Source: Spirochaetia bacterium
GTDB taxonomy: Bacteria > Spirochaetota > Spirochaetia > CAKZLE01
Direction: 5' to 3'
Assembly: GCA_021736385.1 (NCBI GenBank)
Contig: JAIPFY010000027.1
Coordinates: 1 to 39,731 of the forward strand
DNA: 39,731 nt
Position 1 is the stretch's first letter. The number at the start of each line of letters is the position of its first letter. Below the pieces are notes generated by a model. The model was not told the origin of the DNA. It did no database searches and saw only the letters and a list, made by a program, of their open reading frames with translations. The position numbers and the translations under genes were made by a program. This document shows, piece after piece, positions 18,733-28,408 of this stretch.

Positions 18733-18770
18733 TTTAACCGTTTTTTAACATTTCTCTTAAGATCATACCA
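18733..18770 (-). promoter_or_regulatory. Second copy of the extended -10 promoter (TGgTATGAT) plus conserved leader element, upstream of the orphan gene
   Basis: Sense strand: TGgTATGAT-c-TTAAGAGAAATGTTAAAAAACGGTTAAAT. About 30 of 38 positions match the copy at 17102-17144. Confidence 0.35.
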
Positions 18771-18916
18771 CAGATGAGAGCTGCTGGGACCGTTCTTACA
18801 GTTACAATTCGGTGACAGGCACTGCTCTCAGAGGTAAACGCAGGAGAAGAAGGTTGATGATGATACGCAGCATGCACGATGGAGACAGTTGCTGGATGTG
18901 GGGGTGGGCACGATGA

Positions 18917-18949
18917 GGACCGGTCCAGAGGGTGATCTGGACCGGTCCA
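18917..18949. repeat. Tandem pair of perfect 10-bp palindromes GGACCGGTCC(A)
   Basis: GGACCGGTCCA at 18917-18927 and again at 18939-18949, 22 bp centre-to-centre. It lies between the permease stop (18984) and the orphan gene promoter. Confidence 0.45.
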
Positions 18950-18983
18950 AAGAAGATCGTACTGAGGAGATATGGCTGATCTA

Positions 18984-20180
18984 TCAGCCCAGTCCTGCTT
19001 TTCTTCTGGTGTAGATATCATAATAGACGGCCAGTAGGAGCACCAGAGCTTTTACCACGTACTGCCAGTCGGCCCCTATATTCATGAGGGACATCCCGTT
19101 GTTGATGACGCCCATGACCAGAGCTCCGGTTATCGCACCGATGATCGTACCGATCCCTCCGGAGGCCGAGGCACCACCTATGAAGCAGGAGGCGATCGCG
19201 TCGAGTTCGAACAGATTGCCCGCCTGCGGCAGTGCGGAGTTCATGTAGCCGGTGAAGACCAGCCCCGCAAGACCGGCAAGGGCTCCCATGATCACATGCA
19301 CGATGAAGATGACCCTGTCAGCATCGATCCCTGAGAGCTTTGCACTTTTGGCATTACCCCCTACAGCATAGATGTAGCGGCCTATGACGGTATTCTTCGT
19401 GATGAACACGAAGACGGCGATCACCAGAGAGAGAACGACCACGACCGTCGGGATCCCACGGTAATCTGCGAACTTGTAGGAGAGTGTACCGGTAAGCAGG
19501 ATGAAGAAGCCCATCTTCAGGAGAAAGTACCTCACAGGAAGGACTTCGAACTCCCGTTTGATCCTGTTCTTCCGGCTTCGGAAGGCAAAATAGACATACA
19601 GTCCGGCAAGGAGTGCCCCGATGATGAGGGCGAACAGGTGCAGACCTCCCCTGTCGAGAGACTCGAAGCTGATCGATCCGGAGGTGATCGTTCTGAAGTC
19701 ATCATCGGAAAGGGAGATCGGGGTCACATTGGTAATGATGTAGGTCAGGCCCCTGAACAGAAGCATCCCTGCGAGTGTGACGATGAATGCCGGTATGTGG
19801 GCATATGCGATCCAGAATCCCTGGAAGACCCCGATAGCTGCGCCTGCGATAACCGTCAGGATCAGTGTGGGGATCAGGCCCATCCCGGTATTGTAGAGCA
19901 TGGCACTGATCGCCCCGGTGAAGGCGCAGACCGATCCCACCGACAGGTCTATATTGCCGATGATGATCACCAGAACCATACCGACCGCCAGGATCAGGAT
20001 ATAGCTGTTCTGGATGAATATGTTCGTGATGTTCCTTGAGGTGAAGTTCACTCCCCCCGTCAGTATGCTGAATACGATGAATATGAGGGCAAGCATAAGA
20101 AACATCGAGTAGTTTCGTATGTTGTCCTTCGCGAGTTGAAAGAACGTGAGTCTCTTCTCCTGCTGCTGTGAATTTCCCAT
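18984..20180 (-). CDS. Sugar ABC permease (XylH/RbsC/AraH family)
   Basis: ~10 TM. Start chosen at MGNSQQQEK, which has an AGGAGA SD. The track start at 20195 has no SD. Confidence 0.85.
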   Translation of the reverse strand: MGNSQQQEKRLTFFQLAKDNIRNYSMFLMLALIFIVFSILTGGVNFTSRNITNIFIQNSYILILAVGMVLVIIIGNIDLSVGSVCAFTGAISAMLYNTGMGLIPTLILTVIAGAAIGVFQGFWIAYAHIPAFIVTLAGMLLFRGLTYIITNVTPISLSDDDFRTITSGSISFESLDRGGLHLFALIIGALLAGLYVYFAFRSRKNRIKREFEVLPVRYFLLKMGFFILLTGTLSYKFADYRGIPTVVVVLSLVIAVFVFITKNTVIGRYIYAVGGNAKSAKLSGIDADRVIFIVHVIMGALAGLAGLVFTGYMNSALPQAGNLFELDAIASCFIGGASASGGIGTIIGAITGALVMGVINNGMSLMNIGADWQYVVKALVLLLAVYYDIYTRRKAGLG

Positions 20181-20228
20181 CTCTATCTCCTGCATGTTAT
20201 CTCAGTACTACTGTCATGTGCTGTTCGA

Positions 20229-21749
20229 TCACGATAGCGCCATATGCATGATCTGTTCCTGTGTTGCTTCCTGTCGGTCAAGCACACCCTTGATACGTCC
20301 CTCATTCATCACATAGATCCTGTCGGCCATGCCCAGCGCTTCAGGCAACTCCGATGTGACCATGATGATACTCTTTCCTTCACTGGCGAGCTGATTGAGG
20401 ATCGTATAGATCTCATACTTAGCTCCCACATCGATACCTCGTGTCGGCTCATCGACGATGAAGATCTCCGGGTCGGCCAGCAGACATCTGCTCAGTACCA
20501 CTTTCTGCTGGTTCCCACCGCTGAGATTCCGTACCAGCTGCATGATCGTCGGGGTCTTGATCTTCAATGATTCCCGATACTTCTCAGCCTCACTGATCTC
20601 CCGGTAGGTGTCCATGACCCCAAGTCGGGAGAGTTTTCTGAGACTCGAGTTGGAGATGTTGTCCCTGACTGTCTGGATCAGGATCAGCCCCAGCTCCTTT
20701 CGATCCTCGGAGACGTACCCAATTCCCCGCTCTATCGCTTCGTGCGGGGAACGAAGTTCCAGCTTCTTCCCGTGCAGGGTCATCTCCCCGGAACAGGATG
20801 ATCCGTAGGACTTACCGAACAAGCTCATCATCAGTTCGGTCCTGCCCGCCCCCATGGGGCCGCAGAATGCGATGATCTCGCCCTTACGTACATCGAAGGA
20901 GGCCTGGTCGACTACTTTCATCTGATGGTACTCCGGATGATAGACCGTCCAGTCACGTACCGTGCATACGGTCGGGCCGATCGATGCGGTCTTCTCAGGA
21001 TACATCGAGGTGAGATCCCGTCCCACCATCCCTTTGATGATCATGGCTTTGGTCACCTGCTGTGTATGGGTGTCATAGGTACAGATCGATCTGCCGTCCC
21101 GCAGGACTGTGATCGAATCTGCCACTTCCAGGACCTCATTGAGCTTATGGGAGATCATGATGCAGCTCATCCCCTCCTTTTTGAGTTCAAGGATCAGCTG
21201 CAGGAGTTTCTCACTCTCGTCATCATTGAGCGACGAGGTGGGCTCATCGAGAATAAGCAGTTCGGTCTGCTTCGAAAGGGCTCGTGCGATCTCGACGAGC
21301 TGCTGTTTGCCTACCCCCATCTTGCTGACGATCGTCTCGGGGTTCTCATCGAGACCCACCCGCTTGAGAAAGGGTCGTGATGCTATGAGCAGGTCATCCC
21401 AGCGGATGATGCCGAACCGGTGTCTGCGATGTCCCATGAAGATGTTCTCATAGATCGAGAGATAGGGGCTGAGCGCCAACTCCTGATGGATGACCGTCAG
21501 TCCCTGCTTCTCACTGTCGCGGATGCTTCTGAACTGTGCCTGTTCGCCTTTGAACAGGACAGTCCCGTCATACTCACCTTTGGCATAGATCCCGCTGATG
21601 ACGCCGACCAGAGTGGATTTCCCTGCCCCGTTCTCCCCGCACAAACAATGGACCTCTCCTCGTCGTACAGAGAAACTCACATCATCGAGTGCGCGTACCC
21701 CGGGGAACTCTTTGGTGACATGCTCTACTTCAAGTATGTGTTCACTCAC
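20229..21749 (-). CDS. Sugar ABC ATP-binding protein with duplicated NBDs (XylG/RbsA/MglA-like)
   Basis: Two Walker A / signature sets (GENGAGKST ... LSGGNQQKVVLSRCL). GTG start with AGGAAG SD. Confidence 0.9.
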   Translation of the reverse strand: MSEHILEVEHVTKEFPGVRALDDVSFSVRRGEVHCLCGENGAGKSTLVGVISGIYAKGEYDGTVLFKGEQAQFRSIRDSEKQGLTVIHQELALSPYLSIYENIFMGHRRHRFGIIRWDDLLIASRPFLKRVGLDENPETIVSKMGVGKQQLVEIARALSKQTELLILDEPTSSLNDDESEKLLQLILELKKEGMSCIMISHKLNEVLEVADSITVLRDGRSICTYDTHTQQVTKAMIIKGMVGRDLTSMYPEKTASIGPTVCTVRDWTVYHPEYHQMKVVDQASFDVRKGEIIAFCGPMGAGRTELMMSLFGKSYGSSCSGEMTLHGKKLELRSPHEAIERGIGYVSEDRKELGLILIQTVRDNISNSSLRKLSRLGVMDTYREISEAEKYRESLKIKTPTIMQLVRNLSGGNQQKVVLSRCLLADPEIFIVDEPTRGIDVGAKYEIYTILNQLASEGKSIIMVTSELPEALGMADRIYVMNEGRIKGVLDRQEATQEQIMHMALS

Positions 21750-21833
21750 TATAACTTCCTGCGATGATACGGCATGGCGGTATCGCTGAACGCGAGACCG
21801 CCATGCGTGAAATGCATCAAACAGTACCTGCGA

Positions 21834-22928
21834 CTATTCGATTTCCGATGCTGCGTAGAAGCCGCTGTCGATCATGACGGCTTGATAGTTCTCTCTGGTC
21901 ACATTCACCGGCTCGAGCAGGTAGGAGGTAACGAGTTTCTTTCCGGTATGGTAGGACTCTTTGTCAAGTCGGGCACCGGCGATCGAAGGGGTCTCTCCCT
22001 TGATCAGTGCATCTGCAAGTTCGATCGCTGCAGCTGCAAGGTTCCTGGTGTCCTTGAATACGGTCATGTACTGTTTCCCATCCCTTATATACTGGATCGA
22101 TGCGACTTCCCCGTCCTGTCCGGTCACTACCGGGAGTGTATCGACAGAGTTGTACTTCTCATCTGTCGAGAGTGCCTCGATGATAGCTCGAGCAAGGGTA
22201 TCATTCGGTGCGAGTACGGCATCGAGTACGACACTCTTCGCATCGTTCCCCAGCAGATTCTCCATGCGGGTCTTCGCAACGTCAGCTCTCCAGTTCTCTG
22301 TCGCGATCCTGGTGAAATCAGAGCTGCTCGAGTCAAGAGGAGCCGGTCCTACCAGTCTCACCACCCCGCTGTTCACGTAGGGTCTGAGTACCGACATGGC
22401 ACCATCGAAGAAGTAGTTGGCATTATTATCTGTCGGGGACCCTGCAAAGAGGGTGATGTACTTGGGATCAGCTGCTGTAGCTGATTTCAGCTGCAGAGCC
22501 TCCTCGATAGCCATCCCCTGGAACTGGCCGACCTTGAAGTTGTCGAACGTGATGTAGTAGTCATAATCATCAGAACCGGTGATCAGTCTGTCATAGGCGA
22601 TGACGATGACATCATCATCGGCAGCGTCACTGACGACCGAGACCACACCTTCGTTCACCGAACCGATGACGATCAGTTTGGCCCCTTTGGTGATGAAGTC
22701 CTGGATCTGCTGATTCTGCTTACTCTGATCAGCATCACCGAACGCTGTCTCTGCCTTGTAGCCTTTTGCCTCTGCTGCATCAAGCAAAGCAGCCCCGTCT
22801 CTCTTCCATCGCTCGACGTGTGTCTCGGGCATTGCCAGTCCGATGTCGAGTTTCTCCACATTACCTTGTGCGAACAATCCCCCCAGTGCCAGGATCATGA
22901 TCAGTCCAGTCATTACTAGTCGTTTCAT
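21834..22928 (-). CDS. Periplasmic monosaccharide-binding protein, XylF/ChvE-like (transport)
   Basis: Signal peptide MKRLVMTGLIMILALGGLFAQG. XylF-like blocks HVERWKRD, AYDRLI, ITFDNFKVG, GSPTDNNA, TGQDGE. Start at MKRLV has a GAGGAGAG SD. The track ORF extends to 23042. Confidence 0.85.
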   Translation of the reverse strand: MKRLVMTGLIMILALGGLFAQGNVEKLDIGLAMPETHVERWKRDGAALLDAAEAKGYKAETAFGDADQSKQNQQIQDFITKGAKLIVIGSVNEGVVSVVSDAADDDVIVIAYDRLITGSDDYDYYITFDNFKVGQFQGMAIEEALQLKSATAADPKYITLFAGSPTDNNANYFFDGAMSVLRPYVNSGVVRLVGPAPLDSSSSDFTRIATENWRADVAKTRMENLLGNDAKSVVLDAVLAPNDTLARAIIEALSTDEKYNSVDTLPVVTGQDGEVASIQYIRDGKQYMTVFKDTRNLAAAAIELADALIKGETPSIAGARLDKESYHTGKKLVTSYLLEPVNVTRENYQAVMIDSGFYAASEIE

Positions 22929-23090
22929 CGTCTCTCCTCGTATAGATAGTTTTACTTCCATCAGTATCAGATGGTTTTCACCTGCATGAAAGAGGAGGAT
23001 GTTGCAGATTTCTGGACTGTGAGCCCCATCGGGCTGTTCCATGGAGGGGTAGATAGGACTATTATGATATCATGATCTTACAGTATGCTC

Positions 23091-24182
23091 TCAGGGCTGG
23101 TCCCGGTAGATGTCCTGATAGGAGTGAAACCCATCTTTAATGATAGTCTGTTCCATGTTCTCGGCGGTGACAGCCACTGGAGACTCGATATAGGCAGGGA
23201 TCTCGGTACCACTGCCGTTCTGCTCGTATCGGTCAGGTTCAGGGGTCACCCCTTCTGCCATGGAGACTGCAAGCTCAGCTGCCCGTACGGCAAGCCTGCC
23301 GATCGGTTTATAGACGGTCATGAGCTGCAGCCCCTCGACGATCCTCTGACAGGAGAGCAGGTCAGCATCCTGTCCTACCACCGCGACCGTTCCCGCCATA
23401 CGGCGTTCTGCCAGTCTACCGATGGCGGCGTTGGCCAGCTGGTCGTTACCCGCTGAGATCGCATCGATGTCCGTAGTCCTCTCGAGCACCTTCAGCACCG
23501 CATCAGAAGCCTCATCAGAACTCCACTCCTGCAGCCACAGCTCATCGACCAGTGTGATCTGATCGGCTGCCAGGTAGGTATCGAGGATCTCATGGAGACC
23601 TGCATTCACCTCATAGCTGTTGTTATCCCGGACAGAGCCGTTGATGATCAGGTAGGAACCGACCGGTCGCGCGCCGGTGAGGGCGCGGCCGAGGAGCCGA
23701 CCTACTTCCCGGTTGTCGAAGGAGATGTAGGCATCGATCGGTACTCCCTGGATCAATCGGTCATAGGCGATCACCGGGACATCCTTCTCCCGAACGGTCT
23801 TTATGACGCCGGCAAGCAGGTCTGTATCATGGGCAAGGACCACCAGCACATCGATCTGTTTCTTCATCAGATACTCGATCTGTTCGATCTGAGCCTGACT
23901 CCCACCTGCTGAGAGCTGAAGGATGACCTCAGCTCCCAGGTTCTTGGCAGCCTCTGTGAAGATCTTGATGTCTTTGTTCCAACGTTCGATGATGAAGGTA
24001 TCGGTCGCTATGGAGAACCCGATCACCGTCTTCTCCTGCTCAGCAGTTCTTTGCTCTCCCTGTGAGGATCTGCCTGCAGCCGGTTCACTGCGCCTGCATC
24101 CCGATGAGAGCAAGATCATCAGAATCATCAGCAGGCCTGCTGCGATCCATCGTCTGCGGTTCCTGATCATCCTGCTGCTCAT
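23091..24182 (-). CDS. XylF-like binding lipoprotein associated with the sensor module
   Basis: N-terminal ...LLSSGC lipobox-like signal. Blocks ERWNKD, AYDRLI, ISFDNREVG, GSVRDNNS, GQDADL, TVYKP and KDGFH match E. coli XylF from memory. ATGA overlap with the regulator gene. Confidence 0.8.
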   Translation of the reverse strand: MSSRMIRNRRRWIAAGLLMILMILLSSGCRRSEPAAGRSSQGEQRTAEQEKTVIGFSIATDTFIIERWNKDIKIFTEAAKNLGAEVILQLSAGGSQAQIEQIEYLMKKQIDVLVVLAHDTDLLAGVIKTVREKDVPVIAYDRLIQGVPIDAYISFDNREVGRLLGRALTGARPVGSYLIINGSVRDNNSYEVNAGLHEILDTYLAADQITLVDELWLQEWSSDEASDAVLKVLERTTDIDAISAGNDQLANAAIGRLAERRMAGTVAVVGQDADLLSCQRIVEGLQLMTVYKPIGRLAVRAAELAVSMAEGVTPEPDRYEQNGSGTEIPAYIESPVAVTAENMEQTIIKDGFHSYQDIYRDQP

Positions 24183-25678
24183 GTATCACCTCTCTGATAG
24201 CTGGTGGGAGTGACTCCCGTGATCTTCTTGAATATCTTGCTGAAATAGTTCGGATCCTGGTATCCCGTCTGATACGCGATCTCTTTCACCGAGGCATCTC
24301 CGGTCCTCAGCAACTGCCTGGCATGAGAGATCCTCACGGAAGTCAGATGATCGATGAAGGTGGTGTGCAGGTGTTCGGTGCACAGGCGGCTGAGATAGGC
24401 TGCAGAGATCCCGCAGGCCTGAGCGACGTGAGAGAGATCCAGAGTACTGCGGTAATGTTCATCGATGTACAGGAGCGCCTTTCGCAGCGGTATCGGTCGA
24501 TTCTCCATATGATACTGTCTGCTGCGCTCTGCAATGAAGCGGATCGTCCGTGCATACCAGAGGTCCCACTGCCGATGGTCCTGCAGCCGGTCAATCTCCC
24601 TGATATAGTCGAAGGGGACGGCTACCTGGATCATTGCCTGCAGTGATCGATAGAGGTCATCGAGCAGCAGCGTGATCACACCGATCAGCCGCTTCTTTGC
24701 CAGCGAGAACGAGTTGGAGAAGAGCAGCAGCTCAGAGAGGGTACGGGACTCCTGTTCTATGACATCCCATGGTCTGGACTGCAGGATCACCGATCGTACT
24801 GTCTCGATCTGCTGCTGGAGCTGCAGCAAATCTGCGCTGCGGTCATCTCCGCTGAGCTGTTCCATAGCATCAGAGCAGGAACGATAGAGACGGTCATAGG
24901 GTTCGATGCCTCCCGCCCCGATACGGCAGGTGATCCCGTCAGGCAGGTACTGCTGCACGATGTACTCCAGAGCATGCACGATCCTCTCGCGGTTCTCAGC
25001 CCCGGTGATGAAGACCAGCAGCCGTCCGAGGTACTCGGTGCTCAGACACTGGTACTTGAAGGCGATCTGATGGGCACAGGTGCTGTAGAGGTCCTCGATA
25101 CTGCTCTCTCCGGAAGGGCCGATCTCCAGCAGACAGATCATCGCATGATCACCGAGAAGGGAGAACCGTTCCTTATGTGCATGCCACTGCTCTTCCTCGA
25201 GCCGCTTCCAGGTGATCAGCGTAAGGAAGTTCTTCACCTCCCAGGCCTGCAGATCAGCTGCATGGTGCATCTCGCGTACCTGAGCGGTGATACGTCGCTG
25301 TTTCTCATCAAGCAGCTCCTGAACCTGCTCCAGCGTCTTGAGGAATGTCCTCTTCGAGATGGGCTTCACCAGATAACTCACTACCCCCAGGGGTATTGCC
25401 CGCTTTGCGATATCGAAGCGTTCGTAGGCGGTGGAGATGACGAAGAGGATCTCGGGGAACTGCTGCTGCATCGCCGATATCGTCTCGAGCCCGTCGATGC
25501 CCGGCAACCCAATATCCATGAACACCACATCAGGGCGGCACTCATGCACACGTGCCATCGCTTCGTGACCGGTACGTGCTTTGCTGCAGAGGGTGAACCC
25601 CAGTGCAGTGTGTTCAATCATATGGGCATAACTTTCCAGTACGGGCTCTTCATCATCGACGATCATAACGTTATACAT
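24179..25678 (-). CDS. YesN-type response regulator (REC + AraC-family HTH)
   Basis: N-terminal REC (MIVDDEEPVLE...FMDIGLPGIDG), a ~250-aa linker, and a C-terminal AraC HTH (YQDPNYFSKIFKKITGVTP). Confidence 0.9.
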   Translation of the reverse strand: MYNVMIVDDEEPVLESYAHMIEHTALGFTLCSKARTGHEAMARVHECRPDVVFMDIGLPGIDGLETISAMQQQFPEILFVISTAYERFDIAKRAIPLGVVSYLVKPISKRTFLKTLEQVQELLDEKQRRITAQVREMHHAADLQAWEVKNFLTLITWKRLEEEQWHAHKERFSLLGDHAMICLLEIGPSGESSIEDLYSTCAHQIAFKYQCLSTEYLGRLLVFITGAENRERIVHALEYIVQQYLPDGITCRIGAGGIEPYDRLYRSCSDAMEQLSGDDRSADLLQLQQQIETVRSVILQSRPWDVIEQESRTLSELLLFSNSFSLAKKRLIGVITLLLDDLYRSLQAMIQVAVPFDYIREIDRLQDHRQWDLWYARTIRFIAERSRQYHMENRPIPLRKALLYIDEHYRSTLDLSHVAQACGISAAYLSRLCTEHLHTTFIDHLTSVRISHARQLLRTGDASVKEIAYQTGYQDPNYFSKIFKKITGVTPTSYQRGDT

Positions 25679-27240
25679 GGTGCTTCCCTCTTATCGATGG
25701 TGATCAGCACCTCAGTCCCCGTCCCGGGGGCTGAGTCTATGGTGATCACCTGCTCATTCTCAGGATAGAAGAAGTAGAGTCTCTGTATGACATTCTCCAG
25801 TCCCATGATCTTCGATCCCTCCTTCGAGGCCCTCTCTGCATGCTGCAGCAAAGTCTGCAGGGTCTGTTCAGGGATGCCTGCACCGTTGTCCTTCACTGAA
25901 AGGCAGATATGACTGTCCTCTTCCCAAACCCGCACCCTGATCTCTCCCATATGGTCCACACCTTTGAAGGCATGAACCACCGAGTTCTCGACAAGTGGCT
26001 GCAGAATCATCGCAGGTATCATACAGGGCTGATCCCTGCAGAGATCGACGGCCTGTTCGATCCCTTCTTCAAGGTCAAGACTGATCTGCAGTGACTTGGG
26101 GAACCGGATCTGCAGGATATAGAAGTAGGACTTCAGCCCTTCGATCTCGTGCATCAGCGGAACAAAGAGCTTACGCTCTCTCATGTTATGTCTGAAGAAG
26201 AGTGCCAGGTTCTCCATGTATTCGGCAGTCTTGTCGGCATCCTCGAGGATAGCGAGCTGGACCCCGGTATTGAGCGTATTGAACAGGAAGTGCGGATTCA
26301 TCTGAGCCTGCATCGTGTAGAGCTCCATCCTCTTGAGCAGCTGTTCCATCTTCAGGTTCCTCAGTTTCTCCTGCAGGTAGTCCTGTTCTATCGCCTTCTG
26401 GTGCTTGATCTCCCCGATGTACTGCTGCATGTCATACTTCATCTGGTTGAAGGCTTCTACCACACTGCTCACCTCGCTTACCGAATCGATGTGGATGTCT
26501 TCCACCTCGAAGTTACCGACAGCGAGCTCCCGTGCCATCAGCGAGAGTTCATGCATCGGTTTGGTAGCTTTATCAAGAGAGAACATCATCCAGGTGATCG
26601 CCCAGAGGAAAGCGAAGATGATGACCATCAGGTTCCAGAACTGCAGCTGACGTGATATCGTGATGATCTGCCCGTACTCGACAATCTGCACCCTGAAGCC
26701 GTTGAGACTGATCTCATCGATCCGTTCGATGATGTAGCTGTTCATATCACCCATCAGCTCATAGAGTCTGGTATACTCGCTTATCGACCGGCTTCGTTTC
26801 TGGCCGATCGCCTCATCGACCAGATCGAGGTACGAATGGATGAGCATGAAGACTTCCCGTTTCTTCAACTCCTCAGGATCCATGGAGGCAGGGATCTCCT
26901 CTGCGGTCATCTCACGCAGGGTCTGTTCCCTGATGAGCAGAGAAGCCAGCGCAGAAGATGAGCGAGTTGACAGATAGGACCGGAACGGGTCCTGCAGCTG
27001 CTGGAGTTCCTGCTGCAGCTGCTGGTAGAACCGTTCACTCTGGAACTGTTCATCAACAATCTTCTGCAGCTGCATGGAGGTGAAGAGGATATAGGACATG
27101 GAGATGACGATGACGATGAGCGTGACGAAGACATAGAGGAACAACTGGCTGAGCAGAGAGCGCTCTCCTGAGGCAGGTCTGAACAGATGCACGGGATTGA
27201 TGTGTTCAAGCAGCGTATGAAGGCCTGATCCAGCACTCAT
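25663..27240 (-). CDS. LytS/YesM-type sensor histidine kinase (His_kinase + HATPase)
   Basis: Two TMs flank a ~130-aa extracytoplasmic loop, followed by HAMP, then a NPHFLFNTLN H-box region and an ATPase domain. The start overlaps the upstream binding-protein stop (ATGA). The 3' end overlaps the regulator gene by 16 nt. Confidence 0.9.
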   Translation of the reverse strand: MSAGSGLHTLLEHINPVHLFRPASGERSLLSQLFLYVFVTLIVIVISMSYILFTSMQLQKIVDEQFQSERFYQQLQQELQQLQDPFRSYLSTRSSSALASLLIREQTLREMTAEEIPASMDPEELKKREVFMLIHSYLDLVDEAIGQKRSRSISEYTRLYELMGDMNSYIIERIDEISLNGFRVQIVEYGQIITISRQLQFWNLMVIIFAFLWAITWMMFSLDKATKPMHELSLMARELAVGNFEVEDIHIDSVSEVSSVVEAFNQMKYDMQQYIGEIKHQKAIEQDYLQEKLRNLKMEQLLKRMELYTMQAQMNPHFLFNTLNTGVQLAILEDADKTAEYMENLALFFRHNMRERKLFVPLMHEIEGLKSYFYILQIRFPKSLQISLDLEEGIEQAVDLCRDQPCMIPAMILQPLVENSVVHAFKGVDHMGEIRVRVWEEDSHICLSVKDNGAGIPEQTLQTLLQHAERASKEGSKIMGLENVIQRLYFFYPENEQVITIDSAPGTGTEVLITIDKREAPCITL

Positions 27241-28238
27241 GCTCCGCCCCCGAGATCTTGCGATGGAGCATCCTGCAGTTCCTGGACGGAGGCTCTGGTG
27301 ATCACCTGCACACCGGTATCGACGAACGATTCAGAGATCCCCTCCTGTTCGAGTTCATAGAGCAACTGCACCGCACGGTAGCCGATCTCCTTGGGATTCA
27401 CTGCGATGCTTCCTGCCAGGACCCCCTTCTCGATATAATCGAGGATGGGCCTGTCTGCACCGAAGCCGATGATCTGTACCTGTCCAACCAGATTCATATC
27501 GATCAGGACCTGCGTAGCCGAGAGGGTATCGTTGGTGTCGGTGAAGACGATGGTATTGATCGAGGGTTCGTTACGCAGGATCTGAGAGGTAAGATCCTCT
27601 GCATCCAGCGGGTTCAGATCGGTCTTTCGTACTGACAGCGACCTGCCCAGCCGATCTCCCAGGGAGGCAAGGATACCCATCTCCACCAGTTCACGCTCAG
27701 CATAGATCCCCGGTGACTTGTCACTGTAGACGATCGCCACATGAAGCGGATCGGTACCGATCTTCGCTATGACCTCACCGATCTTCTTCCCCAGATCGAA
27801 GTTATTGGTTCCCACAAACGGCCAGGGTGAATCATTGGCGATCGTATGTTCGATGAGTACCACGGGGACCCCTGAGGTATTGAGGTCGGTGAGCAGCCTT
27901 CGTGCCTGATCATCAGGGATAGCCGGAAAGACTATGGCCCCATCAATCCCCGAATACCTGGCCATGGAGAGATCAAGAGTCCCATCCCCGATAGGATGGA
28001 AGGAGAGTCCACAGGAGAGTTCAGTGCCGGCAAGCTTCGCTCCGGTGACCACATCCTGAAAGAATGTATAGGAGTTCACCGGGAGATAGACCCCGTAGTG
28101 GCGTACCGGCACCCCGGTCCCCTCGGCAGTGCGCAGCGACAGCTGAGACATCGACAGGATCGTGTACAGTGAGATTCCCAATGATAGCGTGAACAACGCC
28201 CCGAATAGCAGCGTAGCTGCCTTTGCTGCATATTTCAC
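27237..28238 (-). CDS. Membrane-anchored periplasmic binding protein (type-I PBP fold), first gene of the sensor module
   Basis: N-terminal uncleaved TM (ATLLFGALFTLSLGISLYTIL), then a LacI/RbsB-like sugar-binding fold (VGTNNFDLGKKIG, IIGFGADRP). GTG start. Confidence 0.7.
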   Translation of the reverse strand: MKYAAKAATLLFGALFTLSLGISLYTILSMSQLSLRTAEGTGVPVRHYGVYLPVNSYTFFQDVVTGAKLAGTELSCGLSFHPIGDGTLDLSMARYSGIDGAIVFPAIPDDQARRLLTDLNTSGVPVVLIEHTIANDSPWPFVGTNNFDLGKKIGEVIAKIGTDPLHVAIVYSDKSPGIYAERELVEMGILASLGDRLGRSLSVRKTDLNPLDAEDLTSQILRNEPSINTIVFTDTNDTLSATQVLIDMNLVGQVQIIGFGADRPILDYIEKGVLAGSIAVNPKEIGYRAVQLLYELEQEGISESFVDTGVQVITRASVQELQDAPSQDLGGGA

Positions 28239-28272
28239 AGATCCATACCACTTCTTATCAAGATAGTAAGGG

Positions 28273-28281
28273 ATTATATCA
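28273..28281 (-). promoter_or_regulatory. Extended -10 promoter element (TGaTATAAT) for the sensor module
   Basis: Sense strand: ...tctgTGaTATAATccc. It lies ~35 nt upstream of the GTG start at 28238. Confidence 0.35.
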
Positions 28282-28408
28282 CAGAATCAACAGATGCAAA
28301 CCCTTACCATCAAGCTTTGACACCACTATCGCTCTCTCTCTTAACTTCCTGCACTCGCCCTGTGAGACTGACACCCCTCATACTTGAAAGACAACAGATA
28401 TAGTTATG

